64,000 nucleotides of DNA from Vulcanimicrobiota bacterium. GTDB taxonomy: Bacteria; Vulcanimicrobiota; Xenobia; Xenobiales; JADMJV01. The notes below the pieces were generated by a model that made no database searches, was not told the DNA's origin, and saw only the letters and a program-made list of their open reading frames with translations. The stretch spans positions 32,001 through 96,000 of the forward strand of contig JBFWNU010000002.1 of the NCBI GenBank assembly GCA_050250895.1. Direction: 5' to 3'. The position numbers and the translations under genes are program-made. How positions within the stretch are numbered: position 1 is the first letter of the stretch; the number at the start of each line of letters is the position of its first letter. Positions 55,259-64,000 of this stretch are shown piece by piece.

Positions 55259-57616
55259 GTGGCTAAGCAGGTCAGAGTTTTGGTGTTGGAAGACGACCCC
55301 ACCCTGCGGGAGGTCCTTCGCGACGTTCTCGAGGCGCGCGGTCTGCATGTCACCTCGGCCTCGCGCGGCGAAGAGGCTCTTGAGAAGGCTCGCATCGAAC
55401 CCTACGACCTGATTGTGGCCGACATCCGGATGGAGGGCATCACTGGCCTCGACGCCATCGAGCGGGCCCGCGAACTGCAGCCCGACATGGGCTCGATCGT
55501 GGTCTCGGGTTTTGCCTCAGAGGAAGAGACCCTGCGAGCAGTCAAGCTCAATGTGGCGGGCTATCTCAAGAAGCCGTTCAAGATTCCCGAGTTGCTCGAA
55601 CTGATCAATGGCTATCTGCTCGAGCGCAAGGTCAAGGCCGAAAAGGAAGAAGAGACTCGCACCCTGCGCGAGGCCTTGCTGTGGTCTCTGGGGCAACAGG
55701 GGGCGTGGGCCGAGAAGGCTCACCCTGGAAAGGTCGAGCGCCCGGCCAATCTGGCTCGCGCCCTGGCGCGCGCCCAGGGCCACAATCAGGGCCTGGGCGA
55801 ACAGGTCTTCTTGGGGCTGATGCTGCGCGCTATCGGTCAATTGACGGGTCAGACGCTACCGACCCGGGTCCAGGGGGCGTTGCACCCTTTCCAAGCCTTG
55901 CTCGAAGCCGTTGACGGCAGCCCGGTGGGGGATTTTGCACTGGCGGTGGTGACCGCTTCGCCGGACGCCTGGCCACCCCTGGAAGGTTTGCCTGACCAGG
56001 TGCCTGGCCCCCTCAAAGAAGCGTATGCACGCTTTCTCGAGGCGGCCGGTCAAGACGAGCCCGAGCCCGAAGACGACGACGAGCCCATCGAGAGTATGAG
56101 CCTCCTATCGCTGGCTTTAACCCTCGAGCAGGTTCGCGATCTCGAGGGTGCTCGCCGGGCCTATTCTCAGTTGCTCGAGCAAGACGTGGCCTCTTCGCAT
56201 ACTTTGCAGGCCAATCTCGGCCTGGCCCGCCTGGCCGTGGCCCAGGCCAGCACCGAGCAGCTGGAGCAGCGGGTCACTCAGACCCTGGCGCTGGCCGGCC
56301 GGCTGGGCCCTCTTTCCCTGGCCCAGTCCGAACTCGAGGCGGCCAGGTTGCTGCGCCAAGCGGGTCACCCCGCCGCCGTCAAACTGTTCGAACGGGCCCG
56401 TGCCAGCCTCGAAGGCCTCGACCTGGCCGTGCCGCGCGCCGTCTGCGTGCTGGCTCTGGCGGCCCTCGACGCCGATCCGGGACCAGCCCTGCTCACTTCG
56501 GCTCTGCAGGCTCTGGCCGAGGCCGACCATGAGCCCGAGGTGGTCGAGTCGCTGCCGTCGCTGTTGCCAGACCTGCTCGAAGTGGCCCGGGTCCGACCCG
56601 AAAGCTCAGCCGTGGAGCTCGCACGCCAATTCGTGCGTAGCTTTCCTCACCTCCTGACCGGAGCCTTTGCGTCCATGTCGGCGGCCACTCAGAAACTCGC
56701 CCTCGAGTTGTTGGCCCAGTCTCAGGTGGGGTTGCCCGACAGCCTGGTGCCCCTACTCGAAGCCAGCGAGCAATCCGAGTTGCGGTCGTTTTTGCAGGCT
56801 TTCGAGCCGGCCAGGGCCGAGTCCAGCCGAACCTTGCTCAGGGTGCAGACCATGGGCGGCATGGTCACCCACGTCGGCGAGCAGCAAGTCGGTGAGAAAG
56901 AGTGGAAGACGCAGAAGGTCAAGTACCTGCTGGCGCGCCTGCTGGCGGTGGCGCCGGGCTCGCTGCATGTCGAGCTGGTGATCGAGGAGTTCTGGCCCAA
57001 GGCCCCGGAACGGGGGCGCAAGAACGTCAATACCTCGGTTTCGAGCCTGCGCAAATGCCTGCGAGATGCCGGCCTGGAAGAGGAGCTCGACCCGGTCGAA
57101 CGGGCCGGCGAGCGGCTGGCCCTCAACCCTCGCCTGTTGTGGTGGAACGATTCGCTCGAGTTGGTGAAGGCGCACGAGCGGGCCCAGAGCCTGGCCAACG
57201 ACAATCCCGAAAAGGCGCTGGCCGCCTGCAGTCGGGTGGTGCGGCTCTATCGCGGGCCCTATCTTGACGGTTGCTATATGGATTGGGCCATCGAGCTGCG
57301 CCAGCATTACGAGCGCATCTACGAGCAAGCCCTCTTGCAGCTGATGGAGTCGAGATTTGCCCAGCACCGCTATCGCGAGGCCTTTGAATACAGCACCGAG
57401 TATTTGCGCATTCAGCCCGACGACATGCGGGCTCACGAACTTACCATGCTGTGCTTGCTCGGCTTGTCTCGGCACCAGCAGGCCATCGACCACTACGAGG
57501 CTTATCGCAAAGAACTCATGGCCTCGCTCGGCAGCGAGCCGGCGATCGAACTGGTCAAGGTCTATCAGATGGCTCGGTACGGGTTTGCCCAGTCGTCTGG
57601 CCTGGCCGGCCTTTAG
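55259..57616 (+). CDS. response regulator: REC - degenerate HD-like - helical repeats - wHTH/BTAD (SARP-like)
   Basis: VLVLEDD, DLIVADIRMEG, SG, YLKKPF; LRVQTMGG..WKTQKVKYLLARL..FWP..SSLRKCL; LYRGPYLDGCYMDW (BTAD). Confidence 0.88.
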   Translation: MAKQVRVLVLEDDPTLREVLRDVLEARGLHVTSASRGEEALEKARIEPYDLIVADIRMEGITGLDAIERARELQPDMGSIVVSGFASEEETLRAVKLNVAGYLKKPFKIPELLELINGYLLERKVKAEKEEETRTLREALLWSLGQQGAWAEKAHPGKVERPANLARALARAQGHNQGLGEQVFLGLMLRAIGQLTGQTLPTRVQGALHPFQALLEAVDGSPVGDFALAVVTASPDAWPPLEGLPDQVPGPLKEAYARFLEAAGQDEPEPEDDDEPIESMSLLSLALTLEQVRDLEGARRAYSQLLEQDVASSHTLQANLGLARLAVAQASTEQLEQRVTQTLALAGRLGPLSLAQSELEAARLLRQAGHPAAVKLFERARASLEGLDLAVPRAVCVLALAALDADPGPALLTSALQALAEADHEPEVVESLPSLLPDLLEVARVRPESSAVELARQFVRSFPHLLTGAFASMSAATQKLALELLAQSQVGLPDSLVPLLEASEQSELRSFLQAFEPARAESSRTLLRVQTMGGMVTHVGEQQVGEKEWKTQKVKYLLARLLAVAPGSLHVELVIEEFWPKAPERGRKNVNTSVSSLRKCLRDAGLEEELDPVERAGERLALNPRLLWWNDSLELVKAHERAQSLANDNPEKALAACSRVVRLYRGPYLDGCYMDWAIELRQHYERIYEQALLQLMESRFAQHRYREAFEYSTEYLRIQPDDMRAHELTMLCLLGLSRHQQAIDHYEAYRKELMASLGSEPAIELVKVYQMARYGFAQSSGLAGL

Positions 57617-59934
57617 ACGGGCGGCAGGATGACGCGAAAGGTCGCTCCCTGGCCCGGTTGTGACTCCACTTCCAGCCGGCCATGGTGGCGCTCGACAATC
57701 TGGTGGGCAGACCACAAGCCCAGCCCCGTGCCTCGGCCTGGCTCTTTCGTGGTAAAGAAGGGCTCGAAGATTCGCTCCAGCTGGTCCGGGGCGATGCCCG
57801 GGCCGCCGTCCGTGACCCACAGCTCGACCTCTTTGCCAGCGCGAACCCCCAGGGTGAGCGGGCGGGCGCCTTCGGGCATCTCTTCCATGGCCTGGGCGGC
57901 GTTGAGCAAGAGGTTGGTCAGGACCTGTTGCAAAGCCTGGTATTCGCCTCGCACCATCACCGGGTCGGGCGAGAGATCCTGGCTCAGGCTCACCCGGGCC
58001 GTCTTGAGCTGATAGGACAGGAAGTCGACCGTGTCACGGGCCAGACCGTTCAAGTCAAGCGGGGTCATGGTCCGGCTCTCGGGGCGAGAATAGACCATCA
58101 ACCGCGAGATGATCTCACGCGAACGCTCGACCGCCTCTTGACCTCGGCGCAGCAGTCTTTGCACCAGTTCGGGATGGCTGTCGAACATCTCCAGGGCCTC
58201 GTCGAGACAGATCGAGATGGCTCCGATGGGAGAGTTCAGCTCATGGGCCACCCCGGCCGAAAGTTGACCGACCGCGGTCATCTTGCTCGACTGGACCAGG
58301 TGGGCCTGGGAGCGTTCTAACTCCAGCTTGGCCTGCACCGACTCTTGATAGTGAGTAGCGTTGGACAAGGCCATGGCCGCCTGGCAACACAAGATGAACA
58401 GCTGGTCTTTCTGCTCGTCCGAGAACGGTGCTGGACCCACCAGGGCGGTCACGCCCAGGCAGCTGGACCCGGTGGTCAGGGGGGCTAGCAGCACCGGACC
58501 AGGCAGTTCGAAGGCCTGACGCTTTTCGGCTGCCTGGGCCAGCCCGGCCGGGCTCACCTCAGGCACCTGGCCCCATTCTCGTTGCCGGCCCCGCGGGGAA
58601 AAGAAGGCTCCGCCACGGTTGGGAATGGTCTCGTTGACGACCTTGAGAAACCGCTCCAGGAGGGTGTCGGGGTCAAGCGACGAGGCCACCGCTTCAGCCC
58701 CCGAGATCAGAGCCGAGAGATGCTCGACTCGCTTCTCGAGGTTGAGCACCGCTTGCTCTGCCTGCCGCTTGGCCTGGACCTGGCGGTGGGTCTCGAGGGC
58801 CGACCCAAGGGCCAGGGTGGCCTTCTGGCACAGCCAGCGCAGTTGGTCGAGCTGGGTCTGGGACAAGACCTCGTCATTTCCCACATAAAGCACACCCAGT
58901 TCGCCCAGGGGCAGGGCGGCCACGGCCGCGTCGGTAGGGAACAGTCGCTTGTCGTCAGGTTCCTCCAGTCTCACCACGGCCTTGCCCGAGGCGCGGGCTT
59001 CGGTGACCGCCGGCTCGGTCACGGCCAGCAGCGATCGGGCTTGAAGGCGGGGTCCCAAAGCCTCTTCCACCAGGTAAGAGACAGGCTCGGGGGGCTCGCC
59101 CAGAAAGACAGCCACATTCTTCACCGGTAGCAACTCGCGGGTGGTGGCGGCCAGCTGGCCGGCCGCCTCCAGGGGGGTAGGGTGCGAGGAAAGATGGCGG
59201 GCGAAGTTCTCGAGCAAACTCTTCTCTTGTTTAACCCGGCTGAGCGCGCGCCGGGCCGCCTTCTCCCGATCTCCCAGCTGGCGGATGCGCACCAGCGCCT
59301 GGGCAAAAGTCTTGTCCTTGGCTTTGCCCAGGACGTTCTCGGCCGCCAGGTCCAGTTGGCGCAGCAAGGGAGCCACCGCCAGCAGGGCCCAGGGGTAGAC
59401 CGAGGCGAGCATGGCCAGAGCTACCCCCAACAGGCTCAGGCCCAGCTCCAGGGGCCGAATCTGCAAGAAGAGCTGACGCCACACTGCCCGTTCTTCGGCC
59501 TGCTGCGGCACCTCGAGCCAGGCCTCCAGTTGCAGCCGCGAAACCAGGTATACCAGGGCCACCAACAGGGCCTGGACCGGCAGGGGCAGGTCGCTCATTC
59601 GTGCCATGGGCCCGGCCAGCAGATAAGCCAGGGCCAGGGCGAGATTCTGTCCCAGGTTCTCGGCCAGGCTTCGATCCAGGTGGTGCAGCGAGCAAAGCAC
59701 GATGGCCACCACTCCCACCAGCGGCCCGGCTCCTGGAGTCACGGCCGTGGCCAGCAAAAGGGGAGCCCCCGGAGAGAACTGATAGTTCTCGGTCAGGCGA
59801 AAGCTGCTCGATTCGGCCCACAAGATGGCCGCCACCAGCAGCCCCGAGGTCAGGGGGTCGCTGGGGATCGGGCTCAAGATGCCCGCTACCAAGAGCAGCA
59901 GCCCCACCAGAGCGGCCCGAGTCGCAGTGGTCAA
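57613..59934 (-). CDS. membrane sensor histidine kinase with GAF domains (NtrB-like HisKA)
   Basis: N-terminal TMs; QSSKMTAVGQLSAGVAHELNSP, QVLTNLLLNA, DGGPGI, IFEPFFTTK, GTGLGL. Confidence 0.92.
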   Translation of the reverse strand: MTTATRAALVGLLLLVAGILSPIPSDPLTSGLLVAAILWAESSSFRLTENYQFSPGAPLLLATAVTPGAGPLVGVVAIVLCSLHHLDRSLAENLGQNLALALAYLLAGPMARMSDLPLPVQALLVALVYLVSRLQLEAWLEVPQQAEERAVWRQLFLQIRPLELGLSLLGVALAMLASVYPWALLAVAPLLRQLDLAAENVLGKAKDKTFAQALVRIRQLGDREKAARRALSRVKQEKSLLENFARHLSSHPTPLEAAGQLAATTRELLPVKNVAVFLGEPPEPVSYLVEEALGPRLQARSLLAVTEPAVTEARASGKAVVRLEEPDDKRLFPTDAAVAALPLGELGVLYVGNDEVLSQTQLDQLRWLCQKATLALGSALETHRQVQAKRQAEQAVLNLEKRVEHLSALISGAEAVASSLDPDTLLERFLKVVNETIPNRGGAFFSPRGRQREWGQVPEVSPAGLAQAAEKRQAFELPGPVLLAPLTTGSSCLGVTALVGPAPFSDEQKDQLFILCCQAAMALSNATHYQESVQAKLELERSQAHLVQSSKMTAVGQLSAGVAHELNSPIGAISICLDEALEMFDSHPELVQRLLRRGQEAVERSREIISRLMVYSRPESRTMTPLDLNGLARDTVDFLSYQLKTARVSLSQDLSPDPVMVRGEYQALQQVLTNLLLNAAQAMEEMPEGARPLTLGVRAGKEVELWVTDGGPGIAPDQLERIFEPFFTTKEPGRGTGLGLWSAHQIVERHHGRLEVESQPGQGATFRVILPPV

Positions 59935-59956
59935 GAGGCGCTATGTCCTTGCCGGC

Positions 59957-62014
59957 CTAAGGATGGAAGTGCAGGGCCGATCTCTCGATGGTGTAGATGG
60001 CCGTTCCCTCGGGTTGCATTTCCACCAGGTTGGGAAGATAGCGCGGATCCCAGTGAACACACACGTTGCGCCCAAAGACGCGCACGTCGCCACCGAGACT
60101 GGCGCTGGTGCCGGGCCCCGAGGCGGCGGAAGGATCCTGCCCATAGGCCACCACCGCTCCCTGCAGGCTGGCCTGTCCTCCCACCAACTCGGCCGCGCCG
60201 TCGGCCGCATATACATACACGTCGCCCCAGCTATAGAGAAGGCCGCGGAAGGTCAGGTTGCGATAGCGACCGTCGGGGCCCAGATACGAGGCGAAGGACG
60301 AGACCTTGAGATCGCCCCGGGCATAGATAGTCAGCCTCACCGAGGCGCTGCGACCTTCGCCGGGAGGGATCGGGATGGTTTCGTCGGGCTCGGCTTCTTC
60401 AAAGCCATCGTCGGACACGTCGAGCGACTCGTTGATGGCCGTTGCCGCGGCCGTCATCAAGCGGGCCGTACTCACGCCGTTCGAGGCCAGGCTCAGGGTT
60501 CTTCCCGAAAGGATTCTGACCTCACCGGTGCTGGTCAGGCAGGTCCCTTCGCCAATGAAGCTACCCTGAAGATGCAGGTCTCCCTCGACCGAGAAGAGGC
60601 ATCGCTCGAGTTGGATTTTCATCCGGTCGGGAGTCACCCCATCGCTGGCCAGTGCGTAGGTTGGGAGCGGGGCGGTTTTGATGAAGCGCGGCGGCAAGGT
60701 GGGTACCAGGGCGAAGCTGCTGTGGCCACCGGGAGAGGGCAACACGCGAATCTCGGTCTGGTTGTTCTCGAAGGAGAGCCCCTGAGTGGTATATTCTTCG
60801 TTGGTGAGCGGGTCCAGGAACTTCATGGCGACCTTGTGCCAGAGAATGCCGTCGGGGCAGGCGGCCAGATTCTCGCTGGGACGGACCTGATGGAAGTCGT
60901 GTCCCAGGGGAGTGGCGAAGGGATCAAAGGTCGGGTCGGTGGTGATCCGGGCCCGGTAGTCATCGTAGCTCATGTCGAGCCAGGCAAGGCTCAGGCTGGC
61001 GGGATCAGCCGGGTCCGAGAGCCCATAGACGTAGGTTCCGCCGTAGAGGCAGACGGTGCGCGGGTCGTCGGTGACCGTGCGAGCCTGACGAACCTGGCTC
61101 CAGCGCAGGCGATAGAAGTCTTTCGAGTCGCCGGGCTCTTCATGGCTGGTGGTGACGGTGGCATTGCCGGCCAGGAACTCGGGCGTGCCGTTTGAGCCCA
61201 GTTCCACGGTCAGGTTGTTGCGGTCGATCTTGAGGGGGGCGCTACCGCTGGGGCGGCGCAGCTTCATCGTGCCTTTGGACCGAAGGCGGATGGCCTTCCC
61301 CTGGGCAAACCGACGGTGGGCCGACTTGATCCAGACCTTGCCGCTCTCGGCCACTCGGATGTCGAGGTTTCCGCCGGCCATGATGACGGCGTCATCGACG
61401 CTGCGGTCGGGCACGGCTCGAAAGATCGAGCTGGCCACCTGGGGGGCCGTGTGGGATTTGCCAGCCACCCTACCTTCGACGAAGATGCAGGCCGAGTGGG
61501 CGGGAATGGCCTGCGGACCGACGGTGGGGTCCAGGACCTCATAACTTCCCCCTAGACCCTCGGGTACCACGGCTTCTTCCTGGCCGCTCATGTTGTTGAT
61601 GGAAACTCGTCGGGTCTCGAATCGCCAACCGGCAATCGGGTCGGGCAGGCCATCGGTGGGAATGGCCCCGGGGCTGCCGTCGTAGAAGTTGAATCGGATG
61701 CGAAACTCAGACACCGAGCCGTCCGGGTCGGTGATACGGCCCAGCACGTTGCCCTGCTGCTCTTCGATGTGGAGATCGGGCTGGTCCACCACCACCGTAT
61801 TGCCGTTGCCCCTCCAATGGGGGTCCTCGCGCAATTGACAGGCGGCATAGTCGAGCCCCGACAGCACGGCCCGGCGGGCCCGTTCTTTGTCGCTGCTCAA
61901 GTTGGAAGCCGTATTGGCTACCGGCAGGCGAAGGAGAGCCACGCGAACCAATAGGCTCAGCACCAGCACCACCATCATGGTGGCGATGAGCACAAATCCC
62001 GCGCGCTGTTTCAT
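59957..62014 (-). CDS. PilX/GspK-like minor pilin with large C-terminal domain
   Basis: MKQRAG|FVLIATMMVVLVL prepilin signal lacking E5; ARRAVLSGLDYA; GAGGAG RBS. Confidence 0.7.
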   Translation of the reverse strand: MKQRAGFVLIATMMVVLVLSLLVRVALLRLPVANTASNLSSDKERARRAVLSGLDYAACQLREDPHWRGNGNTVVVDQPDLHIEEQQGNVLGRITDPDGSVSEFRIRFNFYDGSPGAIPTDGLPDPIAGWRFETRRVSINNMSGQEEAVVPEGLGGSYEVLDPTVGPQAIPAHSACIFVEGRVAGKSHTAPQVASSIFRAVPDRSVDDAVIMAGGNLDIRVAESGKVWIKSAHRRFAQGKAIRLRSKGTMKLRRPSGSAPLKIDRNNLTVELGSNGTPEFLAGNATVTTSHEEPGDSKDFYRLRWSQVRQARTVTDDPRTVCLYGGTYVYGLSDPADPASLSLAWLDMSYDDYRARITTDPTFDPFATPLGHDFHQVRPSENLAACPDGILWHKVAMKFLDPLTNEEYTTQGLSFENNQTEIRVLPSPGGHSSFALVPTLPPRFIKTAPLPTYALASDGVTPDRMKIQLERCLFSVEGDLHLQGSFIGEGTCLTSTGEVRILSGRTLSLASNGVSTARLMTAAATAINESLDVSDDGFEEAEPDETIPIPPGEGRSASVRLTIYARGDLKVSSFASYLGPDGRYRNLTFRGLLYSWGDVYVYAADGAAELVGGQASLQGAVVAYGQDPSAASGPGTSASLGGDVRVFGRNVCVHWDPRYLPNLVEMQPEGTAIYTIERSALHFHP

Positions 62015-62024
62015 TGTCTACTCC

Positions 62025-62804
62025 TCAATGCACCGGAAAGACCGAGAAAACGAGATGGTCCGTCCATTCCGAGTCGATCAGCGAAACCGAGCCGACGGCC
62101 ACGCCCTGGCCTGCCTTTTCCTTCGAGAAGGCCGAGCACACCACCTCGACCTCGTTGGGCCAGGTCGGGTCGGGACCGAGGTGAACCTCGAACGTCAGCA
62201 AACCGCTGGCCACCAACCGTGATTCCATGACATAGGCCGGGGCGGTCCCCAATTCGGGAAAGCCCAGGCTGTAGTCCTCGGGAACGACCACCCAGTGGTC
62301 GATGTTGGCGTCAGGAACGAGTTTCTCCTCGGGCCGTGGCAAGTCAGGGGCTTCCTCCCAGGGGCGCTTGCGAATCACCCGGCGCACCAGGAATTTGTGG
62401 GGGCAGCGGGCATCATAGCCGTCACACGTCTGTCCGAAAAGCTGGTCGTGTTTCTTGGGGGCGGCCAAATAATAGAGGATATTGGTGTTCCATTGGGGCG
62501 TGCCGTCGTCTTGAGTGCGAAAGCGCCCATCGACCTGGTCGTAGGCCGACAAGAACCATACGGCCGGAATATCCTGCCCGAGTTTTGTCACCACTTTGGT
62601 CTTGAGCTGAGAAAAGCTGGTTTCGCGCAGGTCGGACTCGACACTGCCCCGGGCCTTCTGCAGGGCGAAGACGTTGTCTTGTTCCGAGCTGATGCCCTGA
62701 GACAGTTGCGAACTGCTGCGCATGACCACGATGAACAAGATCAAGAACAGCGAGAAAATGGCCGTCGTCACCCCGATCTCGGCCAGCGTGAAGCCTCGTC
62801 TCAT
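62025..62804 (-). CDS. PilW/GspJ-like prepilin
   Basis: MRRG|FTLAEI N-methylation motif; ESDLRET. Confidence 0.8.
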   Translation of the reverse strand: MRRGFTLAEIGVTTAIFSLFLILFIVVMRSSSQLSQGISSEQDNVFALQKARGSVESDLRETSFSQLKTKVVTKLGQDIPAVWFLSAYDQVDGRFRTQDDGTPQWNTNILYYLAAPKKHDQLFGQTCDGYDARCPHKFLVRRVIRKRPWEEAPDLPRPEEKLVPDANIDHWVVVPEDYSLGFPELGTAPAYVMESRLVASGLLTFEVHLGPDPTWPNEVEVVCSAFSKEKAGQGVAVGSVSLIDSEWTDHLVFSVFPVH

Positions 62805-63271
62805 CGCATCTCTCGATTCACCAGGCGGGTGGAGTAGATTTTCATGCTACCCCGCCCGTCCCGGGCGGCATCTCCGTCCGAGTTCCAGCTCACCGTCACG
62901 CGCACCATCTTCAGACCGTTCACGGCTGAAGACGCGCCCAGGCGCCCCCCGCCGTCTTCATTAACGGTGGCGGCCGTGACCCAGTAGCGATAGTCGGTGT
63001 GGCCGATGCGCTGGTTGCCGGTCCGCCAGGCGTCGGTCTGGTCCGGATACTCCTGGCTCCAGAAGTCGTCGGCGTCGCCCAGAGGCAGGCTGTTGAGTTC
63101 GTCGACCACCCGCTCCAGCTGGCGTTCGGCTACGGCCCGGGCTCGGGCCGATTCGGTGATGTTGTGCTGGGCCACCAGGTTCGAGACCAGCACCTGACCC
63201 AGTGCGGTGGCGGCAATCGCCAGGACGGCCAGGGCAAAGAGCACTTCGAGCAGACTAAAGCCCTTCTTCAA
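62801..63271 (-). CDS. PilV/GspI-like prepilin
   Basis: MKKG|FSLLEV motif; LKMVRVTVSW. Confidence 0.82.
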   Translation of the reverse strand: MKKGFSLLEVLFALAVLAIAATALGQVLVSNLVAQHNITESARARAVAERQLERVVDELNSLPLGDADDFWSQEYPDQTDAWRTGNQRIGHTDYRYWVTAATVNEDGGGRLGASSAVNGLKMVRVTVSWNSDGDAARDGRGSMKIYSTRLVNREMR

Positions 63272-64000
63272 GCGCCGAAGGTGCTCACCATCTTCATAAT
63301 GGGCATAAACGCCGCCACCGCCACGAAACAGGCCACCATCCCACCAGCTGACAACAGAATCGGTTCCACCAGCTTGAGGGCGGTATCGAGGCGGCGCTCG
63401 ACATCTTCGCTCATCAGGCGGGCTACCTCTGCGGCCATCTCTGAGAGTCTACCAGACAATTCTCCCACCTGCATCAGTTGCACCACCATGGGCGGGAAGG
63501 AGGTATGCTCCTGCAGCGAATCGGCCAGGCCCATGCCACGGGTGACACTCTGGATAGCGTTTCTCAGGTCGCGCCGTGTGGCTCGATTCTGGCAGACGTT
63601 GGCCCCCAACTGCAAGCTCTTGAGGACATCCAGGCCCACCCGCATCGAGTTGGACACCACATCCAGGGCGCGGGCGATGTCGAGACTAGTCTGCAGTCTG
63701 CCCAGCACCGGCACCGATCTCAGAAACTCGTCGAGTTGCAGGCGAATGTCCGGGCTAGCGCTATAGATGCGGCGCAGCACCAGGACGGTCACGACCAGTG
63801 CCAGCAGACTCCCACCCAGAAAGAGCGGGCTGGTCAACAGGTTGAGCATGAAAACCAGCAGGCGGGTGGGCGCGGGCACGTCCTCGCCGAGCAGCTTGAT
63901 CAGCCCGCTATCACCCGGCGCGATCAAGAAGACGAAAAGCAGGCCTACGGCCAACATCACCGTCAATAAGAAGGCGGGGTAGGTCAAAGCCGAAGCCAGG
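63268..64000 (-). CDS. pilC: type II secretion/type IV pilus platform protein GspF/PilC (5'-truncated by window)
   Basis: LTYPAF, VPVLGRL, FPPMVVQLMQVGELSGRL, LVEPIL, FMPI. Confidence 0.88.
   Translation of the reverse strand, partial: LASALTYPAFLLTVMLAVGLLFVFLIAPGDSGLIKLLGEDVPAPTRLLVFMLNLLTSPLFLGGSLLALVVTVLVLRRIYSASPDIRLQLDEFLRSVPVLGRLQTSLDIARALDVVSNSMRVGLDVLKSLQLGANVCQNRATRRDLRNAIQSVTRGMGLADSLQEHTSFPPMVVQLMQVGELSGRLSEMAAEVARLMSEDVERRLDTALKLVEPILLSAGGMVACFVAVAAFMPIMKMVSTFGA

Noticed and set aside
59182-61195. 375-aa and 456-aa + strand ORFs
   Set aside because: Antisense to the kinase and PilX-like genes; no recognisable motifs.

Overview
High-GC bacterial chromosomal window with about 55 plausible CDSs and no rRNA, tRNA, CRISPR-cas, integrase or transposase that I can recognise. 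The gene style weakly suggests a Terrabacteria lineage such as Ca. Eremiobacterota/Armatimonadota (inference only). (1) 0.4-7.7 kb: glgA, a secreted protein and a Ser/Thr kinase-AAA-GAF-GGDEF protein on the minus strand. (2) About 7.8-29.4 kb: a general-stress-type cluster with a NarL-type two-component pair, an orphan groEL, DUF389, a baeRF-like protein, CsbD, two GlsB/YeaQ paralogues, a CheB-CheR fusion, a tandem histidine kinase, NhaP and GT4. Its intergenic regions carry recurrent ATACC..GGGTAT palindromes. (3) 29.5-46 kb: DEAD-box helicase, two internally deleted gene remnants (ADP-ribosylglycohydrolase, vapBC), an ECF sigma with a 1168-aa ZAS/permease/pseudopilin-like anti-sigma, and several hypotheticals. 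(4) 46-48.5 kb: tandem lipoprotein paralogues beside a 14-copy, ~41-bp double-hairpin repeat array with G4-type inserts. (5) 49-64 kb: an orphan FliG-N-like protein, an 11-mer RTX-like protein, a REC-BTAD regulator, a histidine kinase and a type IV pilin/T2SS minor-pilin operon. Best novelty candidates: unrelated signal-peptide-less proteins sharing an MQ(I/V)..D-x-V-x-L N-terminus and, in two cases, an acidic-LVVGD-x-x-L C-terminal tag (possible export signal); an 11-bp-period direct-repeat regulon possibly read by the REC-BTAD protein; and TTGACA-N7/8-TAnAAT-type promoter spacing alongside leaderless starts. All family calls come from motif recognition by eye; no database search was run.
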